From a virus (taxonomy: Duplodnaviria; Caudoviricetes): a stretch of DNA of 26,718 nucleotides. The translations under genes and the position numbers were made by a program. The first letter of the stretch is position 1. The number at the start of each line of letters is the position of its first letter. The notes beneath the pieces were generated by a model, which was given only the letters and a program-made list of their open reading frames with translations, was not told the origin of the DNA and did not search any database. The DNA lies in IMG/VR virus record IMGVR_UViG_3300011338_000520, positions 1 through 26,718 of that record. One strand, given 5' to 3'. Positions 18,350 to 25,481 of this stretch are shown here, one piece after another.

Positions 18350-19841
18350 ATTTAAAACCAGGTATCCCTATGCTTGGTCTACTGGTCTTGTTGTACATTC
18401 TCATAAAGCCACTCACTCCGTACTGTAGTGCGTCGTGAATATTGGACTCAAAGTTCTTTTCTGGCCTAATCTTATCAGGCTCTTTCTCAAAATACCGCTC
18501 TGGATAATGATAAGCCCCATCAAATCCCCTTACAAGGACAGGACAGTTTGGAATGTTTACTATTATACCAGGCAAACCGTGCTTCATCGAGGTAAGCAGG
18601 ATCTCAACAGAACGCCTTCTCTCCTCCCAACCATTGGCTCCAGGCTGGATCTTAAAGTACTGCCCAAAGACCATTGCGTACGTTCTTTCGTCCACATCCC
18701 TACGATTAAAGGCAGTCGGGTCAATAAATGTAAGGAAGTCTTCTTTGAGGTTTCTCCAGTCCCTAAAGTCTTTCCTTAGTTGACCAATAATGTACTCAGA
18801 GAACCGCTCGGCTCCCATGTTTTCGGCTGTGTATTCTTTTAAACACACCCAAATACCTTCTTGGTACTGAGAAACAAGGGCAGCGGGTCTTAAGCCTTGG
18901 TCTAGGGACAAAATTAAAGGAAGGCCAACATCAGGCAGGATCTCATCCGTCTCACCGTGAACGCGTTTTGACCAATCTGGGAACACAGGCTTTCCAACCT
19001 TAGTCTCCCAAGAGATCTCGTACTCCTGCATCCACTGATGGTAAGGCATAGAGCCTTTCTTCTGCTTAATAACCGCGTCCGAGTACTTCTCTTTATCGGC
19101 GGTATAGTGAAGCTGAATGATCACAAACGCGTTCTTAGCGTTTCTCCAGACCTCAACACCTTCAGTAGGAAAGAAGTGCTTTGGCTCACTAGAGGGCATA
19201 TTGCCATCAACACAATCAAATACGATGTCATGGAAGAAGCTGGGGGCAGCCGAGCTAATGCAAGTCATTGCACCCCTAGCGCCAAGTGTAGGCATTGCGG
19301 CAGAGTACGTTTCCTGTGCTTTATCCCAGAATGCCATCTCGTCACATAACATCCTTGAAAATGTATACGAACGAGCCTGGTCTGCCCCCTCTGGAAGCGC
19401 CAAGCAACGGGAAGCAAACTCAGCGTTCCTAATCTCACACCAAACAAACTCTAACTTTGGACGAAGCTCCTTAGGCCACTTCTCTTCTGGAATATTATCA
19501 TGAATGAACTTCATTCGCTTTAGAAGCTCGTTAGCCGTGTCTTCTTTCTTAGACATACAGCCAATAAGACGACCGCGATTAAACCACACGTCCCAAAGGT
19601 GGCAAGCAACCATCACCCAAGAAACCATCATCTGACGAGACTTTGGAATGGCCAAAAATCGCTCCTTCTTCCAGAGCTTCACAATTGTTTCGATGTATTT
19701 CTTATTGGTAGGGAAGGGCTTTATAGGATTGTCGATGTCGTTTTCATCTAGGGTATGGACGCAATCCTTAATCCATTCCCATGGGTCATTTGCCCAAATC
19801 TCTAATCTTCTTGCGTAGTGTTCAATTTGGTCTGGTGTCAT
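18297..19841 (-). CDS. terL: Terminase large subunit
   Basis: 514 aa; Walker A-like PKSRQMMVSW, Walker B LCDEMAFW, coupling motif ISSA, RNase H-like nuclease LSLDQG...FIDP...HDALQY. Confidence 0.93.
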   Translation of the reverse strand: MTPDQIEHYARRLEIWANDPWEWIKDCVHTLDENDIDNPIKPFPTNKKYIETIVKLWKKERFLAIPKSRQMMVSWVMVACHLWDVWFNRGRLIGCMSKKEDTANELLKRMKFIHDNIPEEKWPKELRPKLEFVWCEIRNAEFASRCLALPEGADQARSYTFSRMLCDEMAFWDKAQETYSAAMPTLGARGAMTCISSAAPSFFHDIVFDCVDGNMPSSEPKHFFPTEGVEVWRNAKNAFVIIQLHYTADKEKYSDAVIKQKKGSMPYHQWMQEYEISWETKVGKPVFPDWSKRVHGETDEILPDVGLPLILSLDQGLRPAALVSQYQEGIWVCLKEYTAENMGAERFSEYIIGQLRKDFRDWRNLKEDFLTFIDPTAFNRRDVDERTYAMVFGQYFKIQPGANGWEERRRSVEILLTSMKHGLPGIIVNIPNCPVLVRGFDGAYHYPERYFEKEPDKIRPEKNFESNIHDALQYGVSGFMRMYNKTSRPSIGIPGFKFGGETNGTRNSRNGQGR

Positions 19842-19848
19842 ATTTTAA

Positions 19849-19886
19849 ACCCAACCCTGGAAAACATGACTAAACCAGGGCTGGGT
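19849..19886 (-). terminator. GC-rich stem-loop (weak terminator/attenuator) directly before terL
   Basis: ACCCAGCCCTGG / CCAGGGTTGGGT form a 12-bp stem (one G-U on the minus strand) with a 14-nt loop, followed by TTAAAAT and the terL ATG. Confidence 0.65.
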
Positions 19887-19905
19887 CTTTGTAGGGTTTA
19901 ACTTA

Positions 19906-19998
19906 TTAGCACATCTTTTTAGCGGCTTTTTTAACCATCTTTTTAGCTACTGCTTTTTTTGCCATTTTCTTAACTGCTTTTTTTGCTTTAGTTTTCAT
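19906..19998 (-). CDS. 30-aa histone H1-like Lys/Ala peptide MKTKAKKAVKKMAKKAVAKKMVKKAAKKMC (not in the ORF track)
   Basis: Translated by hand; TAAGGAG RBS 6 nt upstream; tandem TAATAA stop; 14 Lys, 7 Ala, no acidic residues. Confidence 0.8.
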   Translation of the reverse strand: MKTKAKKAVKKMAKKAVAKKMVKKAAKKMC

Positions 19999-20000
19999 AA

Positions 20001-20465
20001 TTACTCCTTAAGTAAGTATTTTTTAATACAAGAATCATCATTTAAAGCGTACCAAAGCGCAATGTCAACAGCTCTCATGTTGGGGCATGTCTTGCCTTGT
20101 GTTCTTGCGGTATCGAATTCGTAGTGACACCAGATCTCTGAGTAAGGAATTTGATAAATCATTCGTATACTGTCTAGCTGATAACGAAGTGACTCGAACT
20201 GCTTAGGAGTGAACTTGTCAGTTCCTATGAGGCAAATCCCAATGTTACCCTTGTTGTGCATTTCAACATGGGCACCGCTCTCATTTAGTCCTCGACCCTT
20301 TTGAACCTCTCCGTCCGGTTGACAGACCAGATGATACCCAATGTCCTTGAATCCCCTCGCCAGATGGTCCTTCTTTATCTCCGAGATGTCTTTTCTCTGT
20401 CCGTTCTTGCTTGCTGAGCAGTGAATCGTTATTTTGTTTGGTTTTGCTGTTATTTCTTGAGCCAT
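20001..20465 (-). CDS. Endolysin, N-acetylmuramoyl-L-alanine amidase (Amidase_2, T7 gp3.5-like)
   Basis: IHCSA, DIGYH, GAHV, IGICLIG, CHYEF, KTCP: the Zn ligands His/His/Cys and catalytic Tyr/Lys pattern of T7 lysozyme. Confidence 0.92.
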   Translation of the reverse strand: MAQEITAKPNKITIHCSASKNGQRKDISEIKKDHLARGFKDIGYHLVCQPDGEVQKGRGLNESGAHVEMHNKGNIGICLIGTDKFTPKQFESLRYQLDSIRMIYQIPYSEIWCHYEFDTARTQGKTCPNMRAVDIALWYALNDDSCIKKYLLKE

Positions 20466-20524
20466 AGAATTTATCTACCCAACACTTGAAGCATCCGCTA
20501 TAGGCGCAGTTCATTCATAAATGA

Positions 20525-20860
20525 TCACTTACGAACATGCTCTAAGTAAAACAAAACTTGGCCCTCAGTGACAGCGCCAGAGCACTTTTTTCCTGGGTCC
20601 TTATACTTTTCAACGTTTAAGATCACCTGCTCATACAAGCAGCCAAGATCACGGTAAGAAATAGCGGCGTAGTTATCGAAGTCCTTACTCATGCATGAAA
20701 TGATTTGTTGATCTTGCCTGCGCTCAATCCCCGCAACAGACGAAGATCCCGCCCAAATCTTACCCTCCCAAGGAGGTTGAGCGATCGGAGTCGCGCAAGA
20801 TGCATAAATCATGCATAGAAATAACGCGTTAAGGCTTAGGCTTATTCGGGTTAAGTCCAT
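20525..20860 (-). CDS. Lipoprotein, putative o-spanin (Rz1-like)
   Basis: Signal peptide with lipobox YASC (Cys22); Pro-rich segment after the Cys; three further Cys; overlaps the upstream gene by 32 nt; adjacent to the endolysin. Confidence 0.6.
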   Translation of the reverse strand: MDLTRISLSLNALFLCMIYASCATPIAQPPWEGKIWAGSSSVAGIERRQDQQIISCMSKDFDNYAAISYRDLGCLYEQVILNVEKYKDPGKKCSGAVTEGQVLFYLEHVRK

Positions 20861-21053
20861 GCATCATATCTTCCAGGGTTTTTGTGTCTTTGTCTTTCAA
20901 AGATACCGCAACAGCATCATTAAAACGCTTCATAGCCTCTTTTCTCTCTTGGAGATCAGAGTACTCCTGAAACATCTTTACCACCTTGTTAAAGGCAGAA
21001 ATAAGGTCAGGCATCATCTTAACTAAGGCTAAAAACGCGCTTAAGTAAGCCAT
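20829..21053 (-). CDS. Putative i-spanin-like / membrane-associated lysis protein
   Basis: 74 aa; hydrophobic/amphipathic N-terminus then a coiled coil; its 3' end overlaps the lipoprotein gene as in overlapped spanin pairs. Confidence 0.45.
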   Translation of the reverse strand: MAYLSAFLALVKMMPDLISAFNKVVKMFQEYSDLQERKEAMKRFNDAVAVSLKDKDTKTLEDMMHGLNPNKPKP

Positions 21054-21292
21054 TACTTCAAGTTCTGAGGAACTACTTTATCTAAAAAAGAGCTAAGTCC
21101 AGATAGGATCTGACCAATTTTTACAACAGCAGCAGCTCCGATATCCAAGAAGCCTTTTACCAACAAAAGAAGGCTCTTAGGTTTTTCAGTTTTAAGCAAG
21201 CGCATTGCCAATTCCAATGCAACAGCTACTCCAGTAGCAGCAGCAGGAAGGTTGTTTGATACGAATTCTGCGATTTGATTTAAAATTTCCAT
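21053..21292 (-). CDS. Putative holin (79 aa, start ATG21292)
   Basis: GGAGG RBS upstream of MEILNQIAEF; two hydrophobic segments separated by a basic loop (RLLKTEKPK); in the lysis cassette. Confidence 0.55.
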   Translation of the reverse strand: MEILNQIAEFVSNNLPAAATGVAVALELAMRLLKTEKPKSLLLLVKGFLDIGAAAVVKIGQILSGLSSFLDKVVPQNLK

Positions 21293-21293
21293 T

Positions 21294-21473
21294 TTACTTG
21301 TCCTCCAGTTTACCAATTCTGTGTTCGTGCGTATCAAGTCTAGATATCGTCACAGCCACCTTGATGTTCAGCTCTTCTACTGATTTTTTCAAGCCTGATA
21401 AAATATTTAGACCATAAAGAGCTATCGGGACCATCACGGATTCTACAATTGTCTTGATAGTCTCATGGTCCAT
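21294..21473 (-). CDS. 59-aa membrane-anchored coiled-coil protein (holin-associated; not in the ORF track)
   Basis: MDHETIKTIVESVMVPIALYGLNILSGLKKSVEELNIKVAVTISRLDTHEHRIGKLEDK; hydrophobic N-half plus a heptad C-half ending 'HE.RI.KLE', common next to phage holins. Confidence 0.7.
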   Translation of the reverse strand: MDHETIKTIVESVMVPIALYGLNILSGLKKSVEELNIKVAVTISRLDTHEHRIGKLEDK

Positions 21474-21488
21474 TTTTAAATTCTCTCT

Positions 21489-21641
21489 CTAGTCTAACGC
21501 TTCGACAAGTTTTTTATCGCAGTGCAAGTATTTAGCTCCAAGCTGTTCGCATCCTTCCACCTTAATAAGATAAGCCGAAGTTCCGCATCCAGCGAGTAAA
21601 TATAAGCTAACTATCAATGAACTAAACAAAACAAGGCGCAT
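21489..21641 (-). CDS. 50-aa lipoprotein (not in the ORF track)
   Basis: MRLVLFSSLIVSLYLLAGC-GTSAYLIKVEGCEQLGAKYLHCDKKLVEALD; consensus lipobox LAGC; AGGAAGGTGA RBS. Confidence 0.8.
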   Translation of the reverse strand: MRLVLFSSLIVSLYLLAGCGTSAYLIKVEGCEQLGAKYLHCDKKLVEALD

Positions 21642-21647
21642 TATAAA

Positions 21648-23591
21648 TCACCTTCCTAAAATTAAACAATCAGCTTGAGTGTCCCTGTTTCCTGGGACGT
21701 TGTAGTTTGAAAAGATAAGTCCAAAAGCCGTAGTTGTTGGAGCTGAACCATTTGTAGTCATGAACGACGTATTACTGTTCCCTTGAGCATCATAACAAAT
21801 CAAATATGGCGCTCTTGTAAAAACTCCAGAGACAAAATTGATCGTGTAATCTCCGGTAGATGCTCTTGTTATCGAAGATATAAAATTGGTTGTCGTACCA
21901 GATTGATCATAAATCGTACAAGGAGTCGAGGTACACTGTGAGCGCTCACTTGCTCCGCCAAAACTTACCCATCCTGAAACACCTGCACCAGCGTATTTAC
22001 TCGTCACGCTTCCAACGAGAACAGGAGCCGGTAAAGATTGGTCAATCGCAAAAATGGTCCAACTTGTTCTTGTACCGTTTGTTCCATTTACAGTAAGTGT
22101 CCCGGTGTTTATTTTAAATTGAAGTTTTAAAGTAACAGAAGAAAGAGAATTTACGTTGTAAATTCCGCAAAATGACAATCCTTGGTCTGCTCCATTTACT
22201 GAAGAGTTTTGCAAGCTAGGTCCTGCAATAACAGTTGACCCATCTGTTAATTGAGCACCTAGAGTCGCTGTAGACACAGTGTTCCTGAATGTTGTATCTG
22301 TGCAAACGTAATAATTTCCAGTTTTCTTAGGTGTCCAAACAATTCCAGTTGTGCTTGCGCCTGCTGTTGTTACAGTCCCGAAGTTACTATTTGTCTTCTG
22401 AGTAAATGTACACGAAGCATCGTTGGCAGGGTCAGCGTATGTAGAGCTTGTAGTAGTCCACGAGCAATCAGTATCATGATACCCGCTCCATGAGTTCGCG
22501 AGTAAATCAGGTCGAACAGCAAGTTCCGAACCCCATCCCGTGATTGGAATATCAAAATTAAAACTTACCCCATGGCCAGAAGAGACTACGTTATTACCGT
22601 TTGGCTTTTCTATTGACGCATTGGCACTGGCTCTATATCCAAGGAAAACTTGGTTATTTGTTGATCCATCATAGAAAGGAACTAAACCTATCCCAGATAT
22701 GTAAAGCGAATTTGTACCAGCTACTACTTCACCAGTTCCTAAACCTTGAGCATTTGAAGAATTAGAAAGTTTAGAAGTGTCTATAGTGTAACCAGAAGGC
22801 AACTGGATATAAAATGGTGATGCTGTTGGAGTCCCGACCGTAAAGGACCCCCTAACTCGCATAGTGTCCCCATCACGCTTGTACCAAAAGTTAGATCCTG
22901 TAATGGTACCAGCTCCGTTAACCGTCCAGGTCAGATCGTTTTTCCAGCCTTGAATAACCGGAGCTAGACCAATGTTCCTCGCGCGTCCCAAATAGACATC
23001 ATCCACATAAAGTATTGGTTCATTGCTTGCCACAGAAACAATACGCGCTGAAAGGTTACCGCTTGAAGGTGCAACAAAGTTTAAAGTGCTTCGAACATAT
23101 GTAAGCGAGCTAGTAATTGTTTGAGAAGCGACAATGTTAGTTCCATCAAACGCTTGAATAGTATGCGTACAGGTACCGGTACCGCACTCAAGGTTTGCAC
23201 TTACTTCGTAGTTAGCGCCGTAATCACCTGCAGGAATTGCAACAGCAGTGCTTGTTAAAGTCTGAGATGCAGCAGATGAATCCCATGAGGCCGCATTTAC
23301 ACCGGACCCAACGTTTGCAGCCGTTGTCGTTAAAGTATAAGTTCCACCAGACGAAGTCCAACCAGTAGCTGAGCTAGAAGCTTCAAACCCAGGGTTGGCA
23401 ATGATGTTTGCATTGCCAGTCTCAACCAATGCTTTCACAGAATCAGTCTTAGTGATCTGACTAAAAGGAGCTTGAGTTTCAAAAGATACAGAACTTGAAC
23501 CGCCTTGGCCCTTTGCAGTGGTAGGAGGAAGTCCTGCGAGCGCTTGCGAGGTAATTAGAAAACTAACTAAAATTGTATTCAAAAATTTCAT
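21648..23591 (-). CDS. Sec-signal-bearing tail-fibre/adhesin-like protein (CBM4/9-like domain plus phage fibre C-terminal modules)
   Basis: AGGAG RBS; MKFLNTILVSFLITSQALA/GL signal peptide; NIIANPGFE...GW...LYVDDVYL CBM-like domain; 'WYKRDGDTMRVRG...IQLPSGYTID' and 'SITRASTGDYTINF' fibre-type motifs; 10 Cys. Confidence 0.75.
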   Translation of the reverse strand: MKFLNTILVSFLITSQALAGLPPTTAKGQGGSSSVSFETQAPFSQITKTDSVKALVETGNANIIANPGFEASSSATGWTSSGGTYTLTTTAANVGSGVNAASWDSSAASQTLTSTAVAIPAGDYGANYEVSANLECGTGTCTHTIQAFDGTNIVASQTITSSLTYVRSTLNFVAPSSGNLSARIVSVASNEPILYVDDVYLGRARNIGLAPVIQGWKNDLTWTVNGAGTITGSNFWYKRDGDTMRVRGSFTVGTPTASPFYIQLPSGYTIDTSKLSNSSNAQGLGTGEVVAGTNSLYISGIGLVPFYDGSTNNQVFLGYRASANASIEKPNGNNVVSSGHGVSFNFDIPITGWGSELAVRPDLLANSWSGYHDTDCSWTTTSSTYADPANDASCTFTQKTNSNFGTVTTAGASTTGIVWTPKKTGNYYVCTDTTFRNTVSTATLGAQLTDGSTVIAGPSLQNSSVNGADQGLSFCGIYNVNSLSSVTLKLQFKINTGTLTVNGTNGTRTSWTIFAIDQSLPAPVLVGSVTSKYAGAGVSGWVSFGGASERSQCTSTPCTIYDQSGTTTNFISSITRASTGDYTINFVSGVFTRAPYLICYDAQGNSNTSFMTTNGSAPTTTAFGLIFSNYNVPGNRDTQADCLILGR

Positions 23592-23607
23592 ACTAATCTC
23601 CTAAAAA

Positions 23608-25140
23608 TCAATCTGTGAACCAAGCTAGTCCGTAGCTCTGAGTTCCGCTCTCTGAAATAACTCGAATTGTTGGGCACGCTGGTACGTAATCAATCGAACG
23701 CCCTGGCTGAAGCTGCATTCCGATAGTTGTTGTTGGATCTGTTGATCCGTAACGAACTCGAATGTTCGCAGTATTCCCAGCCGGTGTGAACAACTGAAAA
23801 CCTCGGCAGTTAGCAGGTGCCGTGTTTGAGTCCGCCGTTACTGCTCCAACAGTCTCATCAACGTAGGTACTTGTTGAAGGCGTGCTTTGAGTAATTCCGA
23901 CCACTAGCTCACCTGAAGAGTTTGTCTTGATAGCGCGGGCATTAGTCCCATCGCTTCCCAAGATAAATGCCCCAGTAGTAGGGATAGCGGATCCTGCAGT
24001 GGCTTTAATGGTCGCAGGGTCTGTGGCTAACTCCCCAGCACTTGTGATCAACGCTGTATCAGTGCCATCGTTTAGCTGTGTGGACGATCCAGTTGCCTGC
24101 ACTACGCGAACCGCCCCTGTGGCAGTGCCCGTGCCGTTAGCAATTTTAGTGTTTAAAGCCGACAAAGTTGCTTCTGTCGCTGCTCCAGTAGGAAGTGCAG
24201 AAGATGTGATATCAGCATCAACTAACAATTTACCTGCAGGATTTACTTTCACATCAACATAAGTACCGCCTCCTCCAGAAGAAAGCCCATGGATGACAGT
24301 GTTTGTAGTAAGAGCTTGGTCTGTCGATGTTATAGCTGAACCAATTTGGTTGATCGTTGCCGGAATGTTAGATCCATTCACGATCATCGTTCGCTGGGTG
24401 CCATCGGTTTGAATCGCGCTAGTTGCGGCACCACTTGGAAGCGGCAATGATGATGCAGATACGGGTTGAGTTACACCACTGCCATCAACCGGCACTCTTC
24501 CAGAAACAAGAGACGGAGTCTTTGTATCGATAGACCCTAAAGTAGTCTCAGTCGCAGCTCCAGAAGGCAAAGCGCTTTGAGTTACATTCACATCTAATGA
24601 CTGATCAGATCCTATCAAAGTAGATGTGATTTGATTCCCTAATCCATCCTGAGTAAGAGAATTAACTGTATCGGTTGAAGAGCTTAGATTTCTAATAACC
24701 ACTTCACCGCTCGTGGTGACTGATACTGCCTGAAGATCTCCGTTACTGTCTTTGCCTCCAATAAGACCCGCTTCGGCAGGAATTGGGGTACCAGGAGTTC
24801 CAGAGGTGTTAGACGTAACTGAAGCTTCTACTTTAAGCTGTCCGTCTGAATTGACCTGAAGCGGAGTATAGTCCCCATCTGCAACTCCAGTAAGTGGCCC
24901 TAAAGAGTCCTTGCGAACACTGAGAGTGGTTAATCCCTTGTCTCCAGGAATTGTGGCCGCAGAACCAATGTCTTTTGATCCGTCAATAGTGACAGCTCCA
25001 GGGGGAAGGTTAATATCAAGTCCATACTTGCCTCCTCCTAGTGAAGTTCCAGTTGCGGCCTTATTCAGATTTGGAAGCTGAATCGAATCAGCGTAAGCTA
25101 CGTTAAATAAACAAAGAGCTAATAGAATAAACTTTTTCAT
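23608..25140 (-). CDS. Sec-signal-bearing fibre-shaft protein with repeats and a C-terminal knob (510 aa, start ATG25140)
   Basis: ATGA coupling to the upstream gene; MKKFILLALCLFNVAYA/DS signal peptide; 3x LP(S/T)GAAT repeats; 5x beta-hairpin-like 'V.xxG.L.V' repeats. Confidence 0.75.
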   Translation of the reverse strand: MKKFILLALCLFNVAYADSIQLPNLNKAATGTSLGGGKYGLDINLPPGAVTIDGSKDIGSAATIPGDKGLTTLSVRKDSLGPLTGVADGDYTPLQVNSDGQLKVEASVTSNTSGTPGTPIPAEAGLIGGKDSNGDLQAVSVTTSGEVVIRNLSSSTDTVNSLTQDGLGNQITSTLIGSDQSLDVNVTQSALPSGAATETTLGSIDTKTPSLVSGRVPVDGSGVTQPVSASSLPLPSGAATSAIQTDGTQRTMIVNGSNIPATINQIGSAITSTDQALTTNTVIHGLSSGGGGTYVDVKVNPAGKLLVDADITSSALPTGAATEATLSALNTKIANGTGTATGAVRVVQATGSSTQLNDGTDTALITSAGELATDPATIKATAGSAIPTTGAFILGSDGTNARAIKTNSSGELVVGITQSTPSTSTYVDETVGAVTADSNTAPANCRGFQLFTPAGNTANIRVRYGSTDPTTTIGMQLQPGRSIDYVPACPTIRVISESGTQSYGLAWFTD

Positions 25141-25481
25141 CTCGGACCTTTCATGAAGTTCATTGTGATGACTCCTTGGTCTGCATCTGCACCTGAAGCC
25201 CGTAGCCCTATGCTTTGGCCTGCGTTTAAGATGCAATGTAAATGAGCAGATCCAAGACCCATGAACCCAACTGAAAAAAGATATGCGCCCAAAGAATCCA
25301 CAACAATAAGTTCGATAGGACTTCCAGAAGTGTTTTCATACTCAATCTCATTTACATCTGCGTTTAATGTGTTCGGAGAAGAGTTGGATCCAGAATCATT
25401 CACTAGTTGGATTGCAGTGATTGTCGAGGAATCAATCGGGGTCGCAGTTAAATCTTGGCTAAACTTTTGAATGAGTACCAT
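25137..25481 (-). CDS. Small beta-rich putative virion protein (no signal peptide)
   Basis: 114 aa; GGAGG RBS; TAATG and ATGA coupling on either side; 'EIEYENTSG...LNAGQSIGLRA' pattern. Confidence 0.65.
   Translation of the reverse strand: MVLIQKFSQDLTATPIDSSTITAIQLVNDSGSNSSPNTLNADVNEIEYENTSGSPIELIVVDSLGAYLFSVGFMGLGSAHLHCILNAGQSIGLRASGADADQGVITMNFMKGPR

Noticed and set aside
16418-19841. Inteins in TerL or portal
   Set aside because: Lengths are normal and no intein splice motifs or LAGLIDADG blocks were seen
20281-20514. 77-aa Cys-rich ORF MNCAYSGCFKCW... overlapping the endolysin
   Set aside because: Mostly an out-of-frame overlap with the amidase, no convincing RBS, and no lipobox or TM segment
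25141-25236. N-terminal extension MHLKRRPKHR... of the 542-aa track ORF, which would mask the signal peptide
   Set aside because: It overlaps the 114-aa gene out of frame; ATG25140 is ATGA-coupled and has an upstream AAAGG
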